Positions 9,173-19,232 of a stretch of 64,000 nt of DNA are shown here, one piece after another. The DNA is from Escherichia phage 236Ecol005PP. Each line of letters begins with the position of its first letter. Positions within the stretch are counted from its first letter, which is position 1. Under the pieces are notes generated by a model. The model saw nothing but the letters and a program-made list of their open reading frames with translations, was not told where the DNA came from and did no database searches. The translations under genes were made by a program, and so were the position numbers. The stretch is from sequence record PP434423.1. One strand, given 5' to 3'.

Positions 9173-10460
9173 TGGTGTTTAACCCTATGCATGATTTCTT
9201 TATTTTTGCCGAGATTAAATCCACGTTCGTTCGGATTTCCCAAATAACCACAAGTTCTTCTTATTGTGTTCATCTTTTTAGGATCAGTTTCTCCACAAAT
9301 AGAACAAACAAATCCGTTTTCAGTAGGAGTCATTTCATGAGTGCTTCCACACGTAAAACATTTATCTACTGGCATGTTAACACCAAAATAATCTAAATGT
9401 TGTGCAGCATAATCCCATACAGCCTCAAGACCTTTTAGGTTATTTTTCATATCAGGAAGTTCAACATAAGAAATGTGACCGCCTGTTGCAATGAAATGAT
9501 ACGGGGCTTCGCGAGAAATCTTTTCAAACGGAGTAATATTTTCTTCTACTGAAACGTGGAAACTGTTAGTGTACCAGCCTTTATCAGTAACATCCTTTAC
9601 ACTTCCATATTTTTCTGTATCAAGTTTACAGAAGCGATAGCAAAGGTTTTCAGCAGGAGTAGAATACAAGCTAAAAGCAAAACCGGTTCTTTCAGTCCAC
9701 TGCTTAAGACGAGCATTCATTTTAGTTAAAATTTCCTGTCCAATATCACGACCGACAAGAATATTCAATTCGTGAATACCAATGTATCCTAGGGACACTG
9801 AACTTCTACCGTTTTTAAATAACTCAATTATGTCGTCATCAGGTTTAAGACGAACCCCGAATGCACCTTCTTGGTAAAGAATAGGAGCAACAGTCGCTTT
9901 AACTCCTTTTAAGGAACTAATTCTACACATCAATGCTTCAAAACACAAATCCATTCGTTCATTGAACAATTCGGCAAATTTCTGTTCATTGAACTGTGTT
10001 CCAATATAAGAATCTAATGCAATACGAGGAAGATTCAGTGTTACAACACCAAGATTATTACGTCCATCAAGAATTTCATTACCAGTCGAATCTTTCCATA
10101 CGCCCAAGAAACTACGGCAACCCATTGGAGAAACAGGAATAGATGAACCAGTGATAGCTTTATTGTTCTTAGCTGAAATAATATCAGGATACATTCTTTT
10201 ACTTGCACACTCTAGAGCAAGCTGCTTAATATCATAGTTCGGATCGTCTTTATAAAGATTAACACCTTCTTCAACGAACATAACAAGTTTAGGGAAAATA
10301 GGAGTTATCCCATCACGACCAAGACCTTTAATACGATTTTTCAGAATTGCTTTCTGAATCATTCGTTCAGTCCAGTCAGTTCCCGTACCAAATGTAATTG
10401 TTACAAAAGGCGTTTGTCCGTTAGAGCTGAAAAGTGTATTTACTTCATCATTATATTCAG
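9169..10460 (-). CDS. nrdD: Anaerobic ribonucleotide reductase NrdD, exon 2 (C-terminal part incl. Zn-ribbon CxxC...CxxC)
   Basis: Frame continuous with exon 1 after removal of ~1 kb intron; ORF-track start at 10500 is a TTG inside intron; splice junction placed by U.G/terminal-G rule, +/- a few nt. Confidence 0.8.
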
Positions 10461-10474
10461 CATGAGTCGCAAAT

Positions 10475-10867
10475 TCATGCCCGTTTATATGAAACAACAA
10501 AATTTGGATAGTCCATAGATATGCAACGTTCTTTTATAGTGCTAGGATGAAAATTTAGCGCTTTAGCTGCTTCTATATAAGACGTATACTTAATACCGTC
10601 AACAACCACATATTCAGGAACTTTATGAATAGTAGCCTTAATACTCAAAACAAGAGGATGAGTTTCGACTTCACTTTCAGTGCAATTTAAATATTCCGCT
10701 GCTTTTTTAAAACTTCTAAAAGTTTTATTTTTAAGCTTTATCGATACTTGTTTTTTACTTTTTCGACTATTGATATTATTTTGCACATGTTCCTTAGATC
10801 TTCCGTTTTTAGCATAATATTCAGCTACAGAAGATTTTATATTGTTTTTATGAGATTCGGATAACAC
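10475..10867 (-). CDS. intron ORF, C-terminal part of homing-endonuclease-like protein (DNA-binding tail)
   Basis: 130 aa (GTG start); C-terminal IKYTSYIEAAKALNFHPSTIKERC helix-turn-helix-like motif typical of intron endonucleases; different frame from upstream ORF. Confidence 0.45.
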   Translation of the reverse strand: MLSESHKNNIKSSVAEYYAKNGRSKEHVQNNINSRKSKKQVSIKLKNKTFRSFKKAAEYLNCTESEVETHPLVLSIKATIHKVPEYVVVDGIKYTSYIEAAKALNFHPSTIKERCISMDYPNFVVSYKRA

Positions 10868-10874
10868 TTTACCC

Positions 10875-11246
10875 TTATGAGCATCTCTTAATTTTTGAAT
10901 ATGTTCCTTCAGTATCCGGATGCTTATAAAACTTTTTACCGCCTATGGATTTATTTAAACATTTTTTGCTATAAAAATATTTACGTATGACCTCTTCTTC
11001 ATGTTTTAATGCATCTTTATAACTATCAAATGTTTTTAAAATTATCCATTTAGTAGGTGTATCAGTTTTTAAGCGTTCATTTATATACTTAGATGACGTT
11101 GTGTAAGTTTTCCAGTTTGTGGGCTTGTTTTTAATTGTTCTAAATTTTTTATAACCGATATAAATGTCGCCATTAGAAAACTTAACTAAGTATGTAAATG
11201 CGTCTTTATCTTTTATTTTAGTACAACGTCTTTTTATCCATTTCAT
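10875..11246 (-). CDS. intron ORF, N-terminal part of homing-endonuclease-like protein (GIY-YIG-like)
   Basis: 123 aa; TYL-x8-YIG motif (FTYLVKFSNGDIYIGY); stops 8 nt before next ORF in another frame, suggesting a frameshifted single gene. Confidence 0.45.
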   Translation of the reverse strand: MKWIKRRCTKIKDKDAFTYLVKFSNGDIYIGYKKFRTIKNKPTNWKTYTTSSKYINERLKTDTPTKWIILKTFDSYKDALKHEEEVIRKYFYSKKCLNKSIGGKKFYKHPDTEGTYSKIKRCS

Positions 11247-11494
11247 TGTTTCACCTCGTATTCATAAGATAATCTTATTTATACAAGATGACTGCTGCAT
11301 GTCGCCATGCAGATTAGACTATATCTTCATCTTTCGATGCCGGCCGTTTCGAATAGCATTAGCTTCTATTCTACACCGCTACATTCATCACGGTTAGTCG
11401 TTAGGCATTTAGTTCAAAAGAACATTTAGCACGGGATTGTCTACTAGAGAGGTTCCCCGTTTAGACCGGTTTTACATGAGCCTGAATTAAATTA

Positions 11495-12032
11495 ACTCAT
11501 ACGCCTGGAATGCATCGTATACATCTTTTTCTGTTTTAGATTGGGCATAATTCAATGCATCTGCGATTTGCCATTTTTCCGCGTCCTCAATATGTTTCGC
11601 ATAGGTGCGTTTAACATAAGGAGAAAGTACTTTATCTACATTCGCAAAAGTCGTTCCGCCATATTGATGAGAAGCAACCTGTGCAGTAATTTGTGCCATA
11701 ATTGCAGTAGCAACGCCGATTGATTTAGGGGTTTCAATCTGTGCATTACCGAGCTTAAATCCGTTCTCAAGCATTCCTTTTAAATCTACTAAACAACAAT
11801 TAGTAAATGGAAGAGCAGGGGAATAATCAATATCGTGGAAATGGATAATTCCGCTTTCATGCGCTTTCATAATAAAAGACGGGACCATATTTTTGGCAAT
11901 GTGTTTAGACACAATACCAGCCATAAGGTCCCGTTGAGTTGGAAAAACACGAGAATCTTTATTAGCATTCTCGTTTAAAAGGTCTTTATTAGTTTTATGA
12001 ATCAATCCTTCAATTTCTTTTTCAATTGTCAT
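11495..12032 (-). CDS. nrdD: Anaerobic ribonucleotide reductase NrdD, exon 1
   Basis: 179 codons from ATG 12030-12032; in-frame stop 6 nt into intron. Confidence 0.8.
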
Positions 12033-12502
12033 TTTAAACTCTTTCTAAGCTGCTTCTTAAATGAAGCTATTAATTGTGTTTTAGTGTCAGATTCATTATA
12101 TTCAAATCCTCTTTGAAGCATCTCAGCCATCATTTCCTCTTTTCCTAAACGAGAAAATTCCTTTGATTTATCTCCAACAAAGTTAGGGTGAATATTATTT
12201 TGGGTGTAATCGGATTTTAAATAAGTAAGTAAATTTTCTAACCATTCAAGATAATCAACACCTTGTCCCTTTAAGCCAGAACGATTGAATTTATGCTTCA
12301 TTTGACCTTCTGCAGCATTACAGAGATTACATAGCAACCCACGTACCTTTCCTGCTTTTGGTCCATTTAATTCATGGTCATGGTCAAGGTGATTAGCTTG
12401 AACATCAGGATTTAGTTCTCGTTGGCAAATTAAGCATTTACCGTTTTGTGCATTATAAAATTTTTGTTTTTCTTCTTTGTATAATTTGCCAGTCAATAAC
12501 AT
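12029..12502 (-). CDS. 49: Endonuclease VII (Holliday junction resolvase)
   Basis: 157 aa; CLICQRELNPDVQANHLDHDHELNGPKAGKVRGLLCNLCN Zn-binding/HNH-like core as in T4 gp49. Confidence 0.9.
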   Translation of the reverse strand: MLLTGKLYKEEKQKFYNAQNGKCLICQRELNPDVQANHLDHDHELNGPKAGKVRGLLCNLCNAAEGQMKHKFNRSGLKGQGVDYLEWLENLLTYLKSDYTQNNIHPNFVGDKSKEFSRLGKEEMMAEMLQRGFEYNESDTKTQLIASFKKQLRKSLK

Positions 12503-12546
12503 AATAAAACCCTTACCTTAAATAGATAAGGGTATTTATTATTTTC

Positions 12547-12720
12547 AAGTATTGTAAAACATTCGATGCAATCGCTTATATTGTCGAATCATCTTTTTAG
12601 TAGGACGAGAATAAGTTCCTACACAAGTAGTCATATTAGGGTCTGTAGAATTTCCTTTAATAAAAAGTTTCCAAACCTTACTACCATTTAGCTTTTCAGT
12701 ATAAATCAATTCAGTTTTCA
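12547..12720 (-). CDS. small hypothetical protein (57 aa)
   Basis: ATG 12718-12720 directly after stop of upstream ORF; below ORF-track cutoff. Confidence 0.3.
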
Positions 12721-13182
12721 TTAAAATGCTCGGTCAGAAAAAGAAATTTGAGTTTCAAGCCATTCAATATATTCTGCCGCAGCTTGCATCAAATTTCCTT
12801 CATAACCATCGTTGTTTTCTTGTGCAGCTAATTTAGCTAATGCATATGAAATGCGTTCACCTTGAAAAGCGGCTTTAGGTTTATGAATAGCTTGAACTCG
12901 TTCTACGACTTCTTCAATTTCGCCATTTTCTACTGATTCAGTATTCCACAAGCACCAATACGTAATTGGCTTATCGTAAATGTTAATAATCTTTCCATCA
13001 GAAAGTTCAATTTCAATAATTCCAGTATCAGGTTCTATATCATCTTCACATTCTTTTACAAGTTCACGAACTTTAAAGACAGTACCTGCACTAAGTTCAG
13101 GCCAGTAATTACACAGCCCTTTATCAGCACGATTAATTCTAAACCACTTATCTACTGTAATCATGTCCCATCTCCATATCAA
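12721..13182 (-). CDS. hypothetical protein (153 aa)
   Basis: ORF track; occupies the region where T4 has pin, but identity not established. Confidence 0.45.
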   Translation of the reverse strand: MIWRWDMITVDKWFRINRADKGLCNYWPELSAGTVFKVRELVKECEDDIEPDTGIIEIELSDGKIINIYDKPITYWCLWNTESVENGEIEEVVERVQAIHKPKAAFQGERISYALAKLAAQENNDGYEGNLMQAAAEYIEWLETQISFSDRAF

Positions 13183-13287
13183 TTATGTCATTTATTGTAG
13201 GTTCATTATATACTGTTTCTTCATCAGTGTAAACCGGTTCTTCCGGCTCTGGCTCTACTGTTTCCCATCTAGCCGCCCACCAGGGTT

Positions 13288-13608
13288 TTATAGCGTAATC
13301 CATTCTCGTATTGTCTGAGTTACTACACGTTCACGGGGCTCGACTAATTCAACAGTCGGAACTGCATAATACCAGTCAGAATGGTAAGAACCTGAACGAG
13401 ATTCATTTACGGAAACATGTACGTTATGTTTTGGACTAAAATAAACACACTGCCGATATTGGCATTTGCCGTCTTGCACCCAGTCTTCTATTTCGACAGG
13501 TTTAAGATAATCGGAAAAATCGAAATCATAGTTTTCTGAAAATGCATCATGGTCTTCGATGATTTCACTCAGAACTGCATCAACATCTAATTTATTTTCA
13601 ATAGTCAT
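13288..13608 (-). CDS. hypothetical acidic protein
   Basis: ORF track; 106 aa. Confidence 0.45.
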   Translation of the reverse strand: MTIENKLDVDAVLSEIIEDHDAFSENYDFDFSDYLKPVEIEDWVQDGKCQYRQCVYFSPKHNVHVSVNESRSGSYHSDWYYAVPTVELVEPRERVVTQTIREWITL

Positions 13609-13618
13609 TTGTCACCAC

Positions 13619-13789
13619 TTAATTTCGCAATTTATTAAGTTCTTCATAATCAATCCAGGATTCTAATCCTGATGGCAAATCAGATTCAATTTCCCAAAGA
13701 AGCTCTTCAATTTTCTGAAGACGATCTAATTCTTCAGCTGGAATAGTAACCATTGACGGAGTTCTTGATACACTAATATCATAAATCAT
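13619..13789 (-). CDS. small hypothetical protein (56 aa)
   Basis: ATG 13787-13789; fills gap between flanking ORFs; below ORF-track cutoff. Confidence 0.3.
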   Translation of the reverse strand: MIYDISVSRTPSMVTIPAEELDRLQKIEELLWEIESDLPSGLESWIDYEELNKLRN

Positions 13790-13791
13790 AT

Positions 13792-14007
13792 TTACCCCAG
13801 TTTAACCATGCAATCGCCATATTTCCATTTAGAAATAGACTTTTCACCGTTAGAATAATAAACTTCGAGTTTAGCGCGGCCATTTTTAATTTGAATAACC
13901 TTTGCTGTCATCAAAGTTCCATACCCGTAATAAACTGCAACCTCATCACCTACATATACCGCGCTTCCGCGGTAGTCATGGATATAATCAGTTCCTTCAA
14001 GCATCAT
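13792..14007 (-). CDS. small hypothetical protein
   Basis: ORF track; ATG overlaps nrdC stop. Confidence 0.45.
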   Translation of the reverse strand: MMLEGTDYIHDYRGSAVYVGDEVAVYYGYGTLMTAKVIQIKNGRAKLEVYYSNGEKSISKWKYGDCMVKLG

Positions 14008-14267
14008 TTAAAGTATTCCCGCAATTGGTCAAATCCACCAATATGACTTCCATCAGGAGCAAATACCTGAGGCATCGTCAATCCGGTTTGAGTATCACGA
14101 CCTAGTTTAGTCAGAAGCTCAGCGATTTTCTCATCATCAAAAACACCTTTTTCCGGCATAATATTGATAAATTCAAACGGATGTTTTTTCACAGTCAAGA
14201 GACGTTTTGCATTATCGCAATACACACATTTATGGATGTTGCTATCATAACCATATACTTTAAACAT
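14004..14267 (-). CDS. nrdC: Thioredoxin/glutaredoxin NrdC
   Basis: 87 aa; MFKVYGYDSNIHKCVYCDNAK... with CVYC redox site, near-identical to T4 thioredoxin as recalled. Confidence 0.9.
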   Translation of the reverse strand: MFKVYGYDSNIHKCVYCDNAKRLLTVKKHPFEFINIMPEKGVFDDEKIAELLTKLGRDTQTGLTMPQVFAPDGSHIGGFDQLREYFK

Positions 14268-14268
14268 A

Positions 14269-14511
14269 TTATTCCTTAATTCCTAGTACTTGTTTAAAAG
14301 TCTCGTCGTAATCAAGACTTTGACCTGTTTGTTCTTTATGTTTGTATATAATATCACTTACTTCTGATAGCATATTTTTATATGAACGAGTTAAAGCAGA
14401 TTTAAGCACGCTATATCTATCAGGAAATTTACCGTGTTCATTATAATACGCTATTGCTAATTCACGGACTGCCTTTTCAGCAGTCTCCATATATTCTTTA
14501 CGCTTGGTCAT
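14269..14511 (-). CDS. small hypothetical protein (80 aa from internal Met)
   Basis: ORF track 14269..14670 trimmed to Met avoiding long overlap. Confidence 0.4.
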
Positions 14512-14794
14512 TTTCTTCTCGGTTAAATCGGTGTTTGCAATGACGGCATTTATAACGAAGATTACTAGTCTGCCAATGGACCAATTGAACCTGTTCAGTA
14601 CCGCATTCAGGACAATTAGGAACGTTTTTAGAAGCCCTTTCGCGACGTTCAACCATAGCCATAATAGCATCCCAAGCAGGAGGTTTAAAGTCTAGATCGT
14701 CAGTAACTAGCAGTCCTTTATCAAACCCAGCGCATGGAGTCCATTCAGGAAAATCTGAAGCTTCGGCAATATCTTCTAATAAACGCTTTTTCAT
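14498..14794 (-). CDS. small zinc-ribbon protein
   Basis: 98 aa; CPECG-x17-CRHC four-Cys ribbon at C-terminus. Confidence 0.5.
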
Positions 14795-15717
14795 TTCAGC
14801 ACCTCAATAGCATCACGTAAACCATTTGCTTTGGCGGTTAAAGCCTTAATAACTTTAGTATGCTCTTCAATCTGTTTTTCAACTTCAATCAAACGGGCAC
14901 TGAGATATTCGCGTTCTTCTTTCATAGTATCATTTCCATGATTAGGCTTTGGCGTAGGTTTAAATTTACTAGGGTCCTTTAACTTAATAACAACTTTAGT
15001 TTCAAACAGTGAAAGACCATAATTCGTATTATCATCAAAGGATTCAACTACGTCCATTTTAGACAATAACGTACGAAGATTATAAGTCAAAGAGCGAATC
15101 GTTTTATTATGTTTATTAGCTTCACGCGGTTTCATATATGGAAGATTTTTATATATTTCGTGTGGAGCACAAACAATAATTGACAATTCAAATGGTCCAT
15201 TCTGTGATGATGGAACGAATTTAGCCGTAACCCAATCTTTTACATTTACATTAATAGTACGGTCATCGCCATGACAAAACAGTCTACGAGAATGCTTAAA
15301 AAGCATATTCACATTATTATTAAATTCATGTGAAAACTCACTAGCAAATTTTTCTTTACTATTTTTAGAAAACCATTCTTCTAAATAAGTTCTTTTCACG
15401 TCATTAATAATATTAAATGTAACAACATTAGCATTTGATACATTAGTCTCAATGTAGCTTGGATACATAAATTTTTTAACATTATTAACAGCTATCACAG
15501 AAGATAGTAATCGAGAACGTTTGAACCACTCTAGCAAAGAACCAAGAGAATGTGAATACGCATTTTGTGTATCTTTACAAATATGGTTTTCCCATCCAAT
15601 ATAGTCTAAAAAATCACGAAGAATATTATTGATTACTGCTCTATGTCCTATCTGATAATTACGATGTTTAGTAATAAGACTGTCAAAATAATCAATATAA
15701 TGTTTACGAGTTTTCAT
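14791..15717 (-). CDS. hypothetical protein with C-terminal coiled coil (paralog array member a)
   Basis: 308 aa; MKTR N-terminus; last ~45 aa heptad-like ([42 protein letters not shown]). Confidence 0.55.
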   Translation of the reverse strand: MKTRKHYIDYFDSLITKHRNYQIGHRAVINNILRDFLDYIGWENHICKDTQNAYSHSLGSLLEWFKRSRLLSSVIAVNNVKKFMYPSYIETNVSNANVVTFNIINDVKRTYLEEWFSKNSKEKFASEFSHEFNNNVNMLFKHSRRLFCHGDDRTINVNVKDWVTAKFVPSSQNGPFELSIIVCAPHEIYKNLPYMKPREANKHNKTIRSLTYNLRTLLSKMDVVESFDDNTNYGLSLFETKVVIKLKDPSKFKPTPKPNHGNDTMKEEREYLSARLIEVEKQIEEHTKVIKALTAKANGLRDAIEVLK

Positions 15718-15769
15718 GTTCTTCTCACTTGGTTAATGATTTATACTCCGAGCCATCCTTGGCTTTAAA

Positions 15770-16771
15770 TTACTTAATTAACTGTAAAGCTTGTTCAAGA
15801 CGATCCAGACGATTAACAGATTCTTCCCAAATCCTTTTAGCCTGCTCATATTCTTTCTGTGCTTTATTAGAAATTTCTAGAGCTTCTTTATAAGCTTTTT
15901 CTAATGCAATAACTTCTGGACGAATTTCTACCGGTTCAGGCGAATCATCAAGATTATCCATTAGTTCCTCAAGTGTAGTTTCTTCTTTAGGAGTATTCAC
16001 AATTTCATCACATTTTTGTTGGTAAATTTCTTTATCAGTCGGTGAATAAGCACATTTCACTTCACGAAGACTAACTACAATTTTATATCCTTCCCAACCG
16101 CATATATTCTTAAAAGGATACGTATGAATATTTTCTACTGTTTCCATACAAAGTAATGCGGTTTCTAATTGACGAGTTATAGTGCTAGCAATTGAGAAAA
16201 ATTTATTAATGTTCTTTTGGCTAGTTTCTGGTGTAAAAAATCCATAATTCACAAAAATAGATACTTTATTTTTATCAAGTTCATATTCTTTTATGATAAT
16301 CATATCAGAAGCCAAAGGATGAATTTGACGATAATCACCATAGCATAATTTAGAAGCTGATTTTAGAATTTGCTTTTTGAAAAGTCTGAAATTACTAATC
16401 CAACGACGAGTAAAAATATTCTCAGGGTCTTCTTTATTATTAAGATGATAAGAATTAACATCACCGAACCAATTATATCCTACTACATCTTTGGTTCGTT
16501 TAATTTCTTTCCCAAAATTACCAAGAATATCCCGATTAACCAAATATGAAAGAAGACGAGACTCTTTAAAGGTTTTCTTGATAACATCTTTATCTACACG
16601 ACTAGAAATTTTACGAATTTCATGAATAAATTTAGTAGAAGAAACAATACCTGCATCAACACTATTGAGCCATTGATTGATAATAGAAATAACGCTATTT
16701 TGACCAAACATCGGTATAGCTTTATCATCAATAACACTATTGAATGATTTGATATATTCGTTACGAGTCAT
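15770..16771 (-). CDS. hypothetical protein with C-terminal coiled coil (paralog array member b)
   Basis: ~333 aa from Met-18; RRWISNFRLFKKQILKSASKL motif shared with member c; coiled-coil tail. Confidence 0.55.
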   Translation of the reverse strand: MTRNEYIKSFNSVIDDKAIPMFGQNSVISIINQWLNSVDAGIVSSTKFIHEIRKISSRVDKDVIKKTFKESRLLSYLVNRDILGNFGKEIKRTKDVVGYNWFGDVNSYHLNNKEDPENIFTRRWISNFRLFKKQILKSASKLCYGDYRQIHPLASDMIIIKEYELDKNKVSIFVNYGFFTPETSQKNINKFFSIASTITRQLETALLCMETVENIHTYPFKNICGWEGYKIVVSLREVKCAYSPTDKEIYQQKCDEIVNTPKEETTLEELMDNLDDSPEPVEIRPEVIALEKAYKEALEISNKAQKEYEQAKRIWEESVNRLDRLEQALQLIK

Positions 16772-16828
16772 ATTAATCTCCTCAGTAGAAAGTAAGAACA
16801 TTATACCACATCCTTGTGGCAAAGTAAA

Positions 16829-17857
16829 CTAGTTCAGTGCATTTAGTGCATTGTTCAGTTTAGAACGTTGCTTTGTCAGATTTTGAACCCTTGACTGAGC
16901 TTGTTCTAGCATCTTTTCAGCTTCTAGCACTTCATTAGTTGCTTTAACGAGTTCATCATCTACTGCCTTAAGAGACTTCTCAATCGCATCAGCATGCCAT
17001 TTTTCAACAGGTTTAAGACTCGGATTTTCAGTAGGAAGAAAACTCACTTTATTAAGTTTACATGCATCTATATTGCTTGAGCTATACATCCAAAATTTAG
17101 GATCGTTTGATGAGTAATTGGATAAATTTAAATTTAAGTTATCTTGCACTTCCTGCTTTTTCTCTTGCGTGACTTCGTCCTTTCTCAAAAAATCGTATTT
17201 AAATGAAACGATCATATCAAGTTCATATGTTGTTGTGTCTAATTTAAATCGTTCGAAATGTTGTGAAATCTTAGACTGAACAGCGGCAACAACATCCATA
17301 TACTTAAATGCTTCTGTCAACTGCGATTTAAGGCATTCGCAAATTGAAAGAGAATTTTTTGTATTAGGTTTAAAGCTAATTCGTGCAGTTCTGTTATTTT
17401 CTTTTAATGGTCTTACTTCCATCTGAAGAGTATAACCATCAAATTTCAAGTTCTTTAAGTTAATATCAGAACCTTTTAATCGACTCGCAGTTGATAAAAT
17501 TTGCTTTAATTGTCTACGGAACAGAGCAATAAATCTCCATTCAATACGATAATGATTTGGATTGAAAAATCCAGATGATAAATCGACCTTACTTTGACCA
17601 ACGCCTTGAACAAATAGAGGATTTTTATAATCAATAGTTTTACAGAAATCGGTGAGCTGCTCACGAGCCGTCATTTGTGTAATATACCCTGCTTTATTAA
17701 AATTACGCACCCATTCACTGCTATTCGTATACTTAAAGTGATGAATAACACGATTAACTTTATCAGGGTCTAAATTATTTTCACACAAAAATGTCATAAC
17801 ATCACGAGTATAACTGGCATTACGAACCATATCTTCAATTTGAGAACGAGTTTTCAT
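16829..17857 (-). CDS. hypothetical protein with C-terminal coiled coil (paralog array member c)
   Basis: 342 aa; MKTR N-terminus; EWRFIALFRRQLKQILSTASRL motif; coiled-coil tail. Confidence 0.55.
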   Translation of the reverse strand: MKTRSQIEDMVRNASYTRDVMTFLCENNLDPDKVNRVIHHFKYTNSSEWVRNFNKAGYITQMTAREQLTDFCKTIDYKNPLFVQGVGQSKVDLSSGFFNPNHYRIEWRFIALFRRQLKQILSTASRLKGSDINLKNLKFDGYTLQMEVRPLKENNRTARISFKPNTKNSLSICECLKSQLTEAFKYMDVVAAVQSKISQHFERFKLDTTTYELDMIVSFKYDFLRKDEVTQEKKQEVQDNLNLNLSNYSSNDPKFWMYSSSNIDACKLNKVSFLPTENPSLKPVEKWHADAIEKSLKAVDDELVKATNEVLEAEKMLEQAQSRVQNLTKQRSKLNNALNALN

Positions 17858-17865
17858 GGTGTTCC

Positions 17866-18792
17866 TTAAGATTTAAGTAAATCAACAATTTTAATTAACT
17901 TTTCACGCTCAGATTTAGCTTTACTACTCAATCCAGATAGTCTGAAAATTTCATCGTCATATTGTTGAATAGAAATATTCAGCTCTTCAATCTGCTTATT
18001 AAAATAATCAATTTGTTCAGAATGTTTTTCGTTACTACGAACTGGTACAGGTTTCGTAGGCAATGTAGTTGAACTGGATTCATTCGGGCGATAAATTAAA
18101 ATACAACTTGAACCAATAGGGCATTTTGCACCAGATGAATATTCTAATGTTCCAGCTTCTTTTAAAACTTCAAAAGCTAAACAGAGATGATGCCCCATAT
18201 TAACATAATCTGTAGAGCGAGCTCTGATGTAATAATCATCTCCACGAATACTAAATTTAAAGCATTTAAGGTCTTCTGTATTATTGGTCTTAAAAATCAT
18301 TTGTTTATCTAGACCTTTAGCTAATCGAGCACCTAATGCTAATAATCGTCGTTGATTTTCCCACAAATCCGTTATCATTTGATCGAATGATAATTTTGGC
18401 ATTAGTCGACCATAAAGGTCATATCCTTTATTATAATTACGAAGGATTTCGCTCGCATTAATACGAGACAACGCTCCAATTTTATTAAGGGCTTTCATAA
18501 TGCGATTAGATAAACTCATTCCAGACCCGGTTGTTCGCTGCAAATGTTTTTCTAATCCAAATCCAATATCAACTTTAAACTTATCTAAAATTTCTGCATG
18601 AACATCTTTGTCGATAACATTCAAATCCAAAGTTGGGTTAAATCTATGAAAAAATTTATCTGGCTCTCCACGGCGAAGTACAGTCCATTCATTCATCATT
18701 TTTTTATTAACTAATGATTTAATTACTGCATTGACATTATTAATTACTACTGACATATTTTCCTCACTCAATTTCAATTTTACTAAATACAC
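17866..18792 (-). CDS. hypothetical protein with C-terminal coiled coil (paralog array member d; start may be internal Met ~18756)
   Basis: 308 aa; WENQRRLLALGARLAKGL motif; coiled-coil tail. Confidence 0.5.
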   Translation of the reverse strand: MYLVKLKLSEENMSVVINNVNAVIKSLVNKKMMNEWTVLRRGEPDKFFHRFNPTLDLNVIDKDVHAEILDKFKVDIGFGLEKHLQRTTGSGMSLSNRIMKALNKIGALSRINASEILRNYNKGYDLYGRLMPKLSFDQMITDLWENQRRLLALGARLAKGLDKQMIFKTNNTEDLKCFKFSIRGDDYYIRARSTDYVNMGHHLCLAFEVLKEAGTLEYSSGAKCPIGSSCILIYRPNESSSTTLPTKPVPVRSNEKHSEQIDYFNKQIEELNISIQQYDDEIFRLSGLSSKAKSEREKLIKIVDLLKS

Positions 18793-19171
18793 AGAATATG
18801 ATTGAACAGACTACATAAGCGCCACACACGGATTGAACTAATACCATTCCAAAGAACCAAACAATATTATCAAACAGTGTCTGTTTTACGTCGAAAGGAC
18901 GTAAACTTACAGTAATATTATCACCCTTTTCTATTGAAGAATACATCTCTGGGGAAATATATTCACTAAATCTATAACCGTCTTTGAGTTCATATACGGC
19001 AATAAACGATAAACTAGACCCTTTTCCTTGTGTTCCTGTAATGGTATTAACTACAGTAACATCATAATCTTTATAATGCATATAATCATTAATTGCGTAA
19101 TAACCGTATGCAACTACTACACATAAACAGCATATCAATAAATTCAATCTTTTAATTATCAACTGTTTCAT
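18764..19171 (-). CDS. membrane protein (N- and C-terminal TM helices)
   Basis: 135 aa; LLICCLCVVVAYGYYAI and IVWFFGMVLVQSVCGAYVVCSIIFCVF hydrophobic segments. Confidence 0.5.
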   Translation of the reverse strand: MKQLIIKRLNLLICCLCVVVAYGYYAINDYMHYKDYDVTVVNTITGTQGKGSSLSFIAVYELKDGYRFSEYISPEMYSSIEKGDNITVSLRPFDVKQTLFDNIVWFFGMVLVQSVCGAYVVCSIIFCVFSKIEIE

Positions 19172-19232
19172 AATAATAATAATCTCAATTAAAAGGGCTT
19201 AGAACCATTATACCATCCTTGGTATAAAGCGG

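Larger units (their letters stand above)
10461..11494 (-). mobile_element. Group I self-splicing intron in nrdD (sunY-type) carrying endonuclease ORFs
   Basis: Interrupts NrdD frame; exon-1 end AUGAGU pairs with GCUCAU 12 nt into intron (U.G at splice site); intron ends in G; ~1034 nt; contains free-standing ORFs. Confidence 0.7.

Noticed and set aside
9169-10500. ORF-track version of nrdD exon 2 starting at 10500
   Set aside because: Start is a TTG inside the intron; the real N-terminus is supplied by exon 1 (11495..12032) after splicing, so boundaries were re-set to the splice junction.
12721-13182. Naming the 153-aa ORF as pin (protease inhibitor) by position
   Set aside because: Only size and neighbourhood are suggestive; I cannot recall the T4 Pin sequence well enough to assert identity, so it is left as hypothetical.
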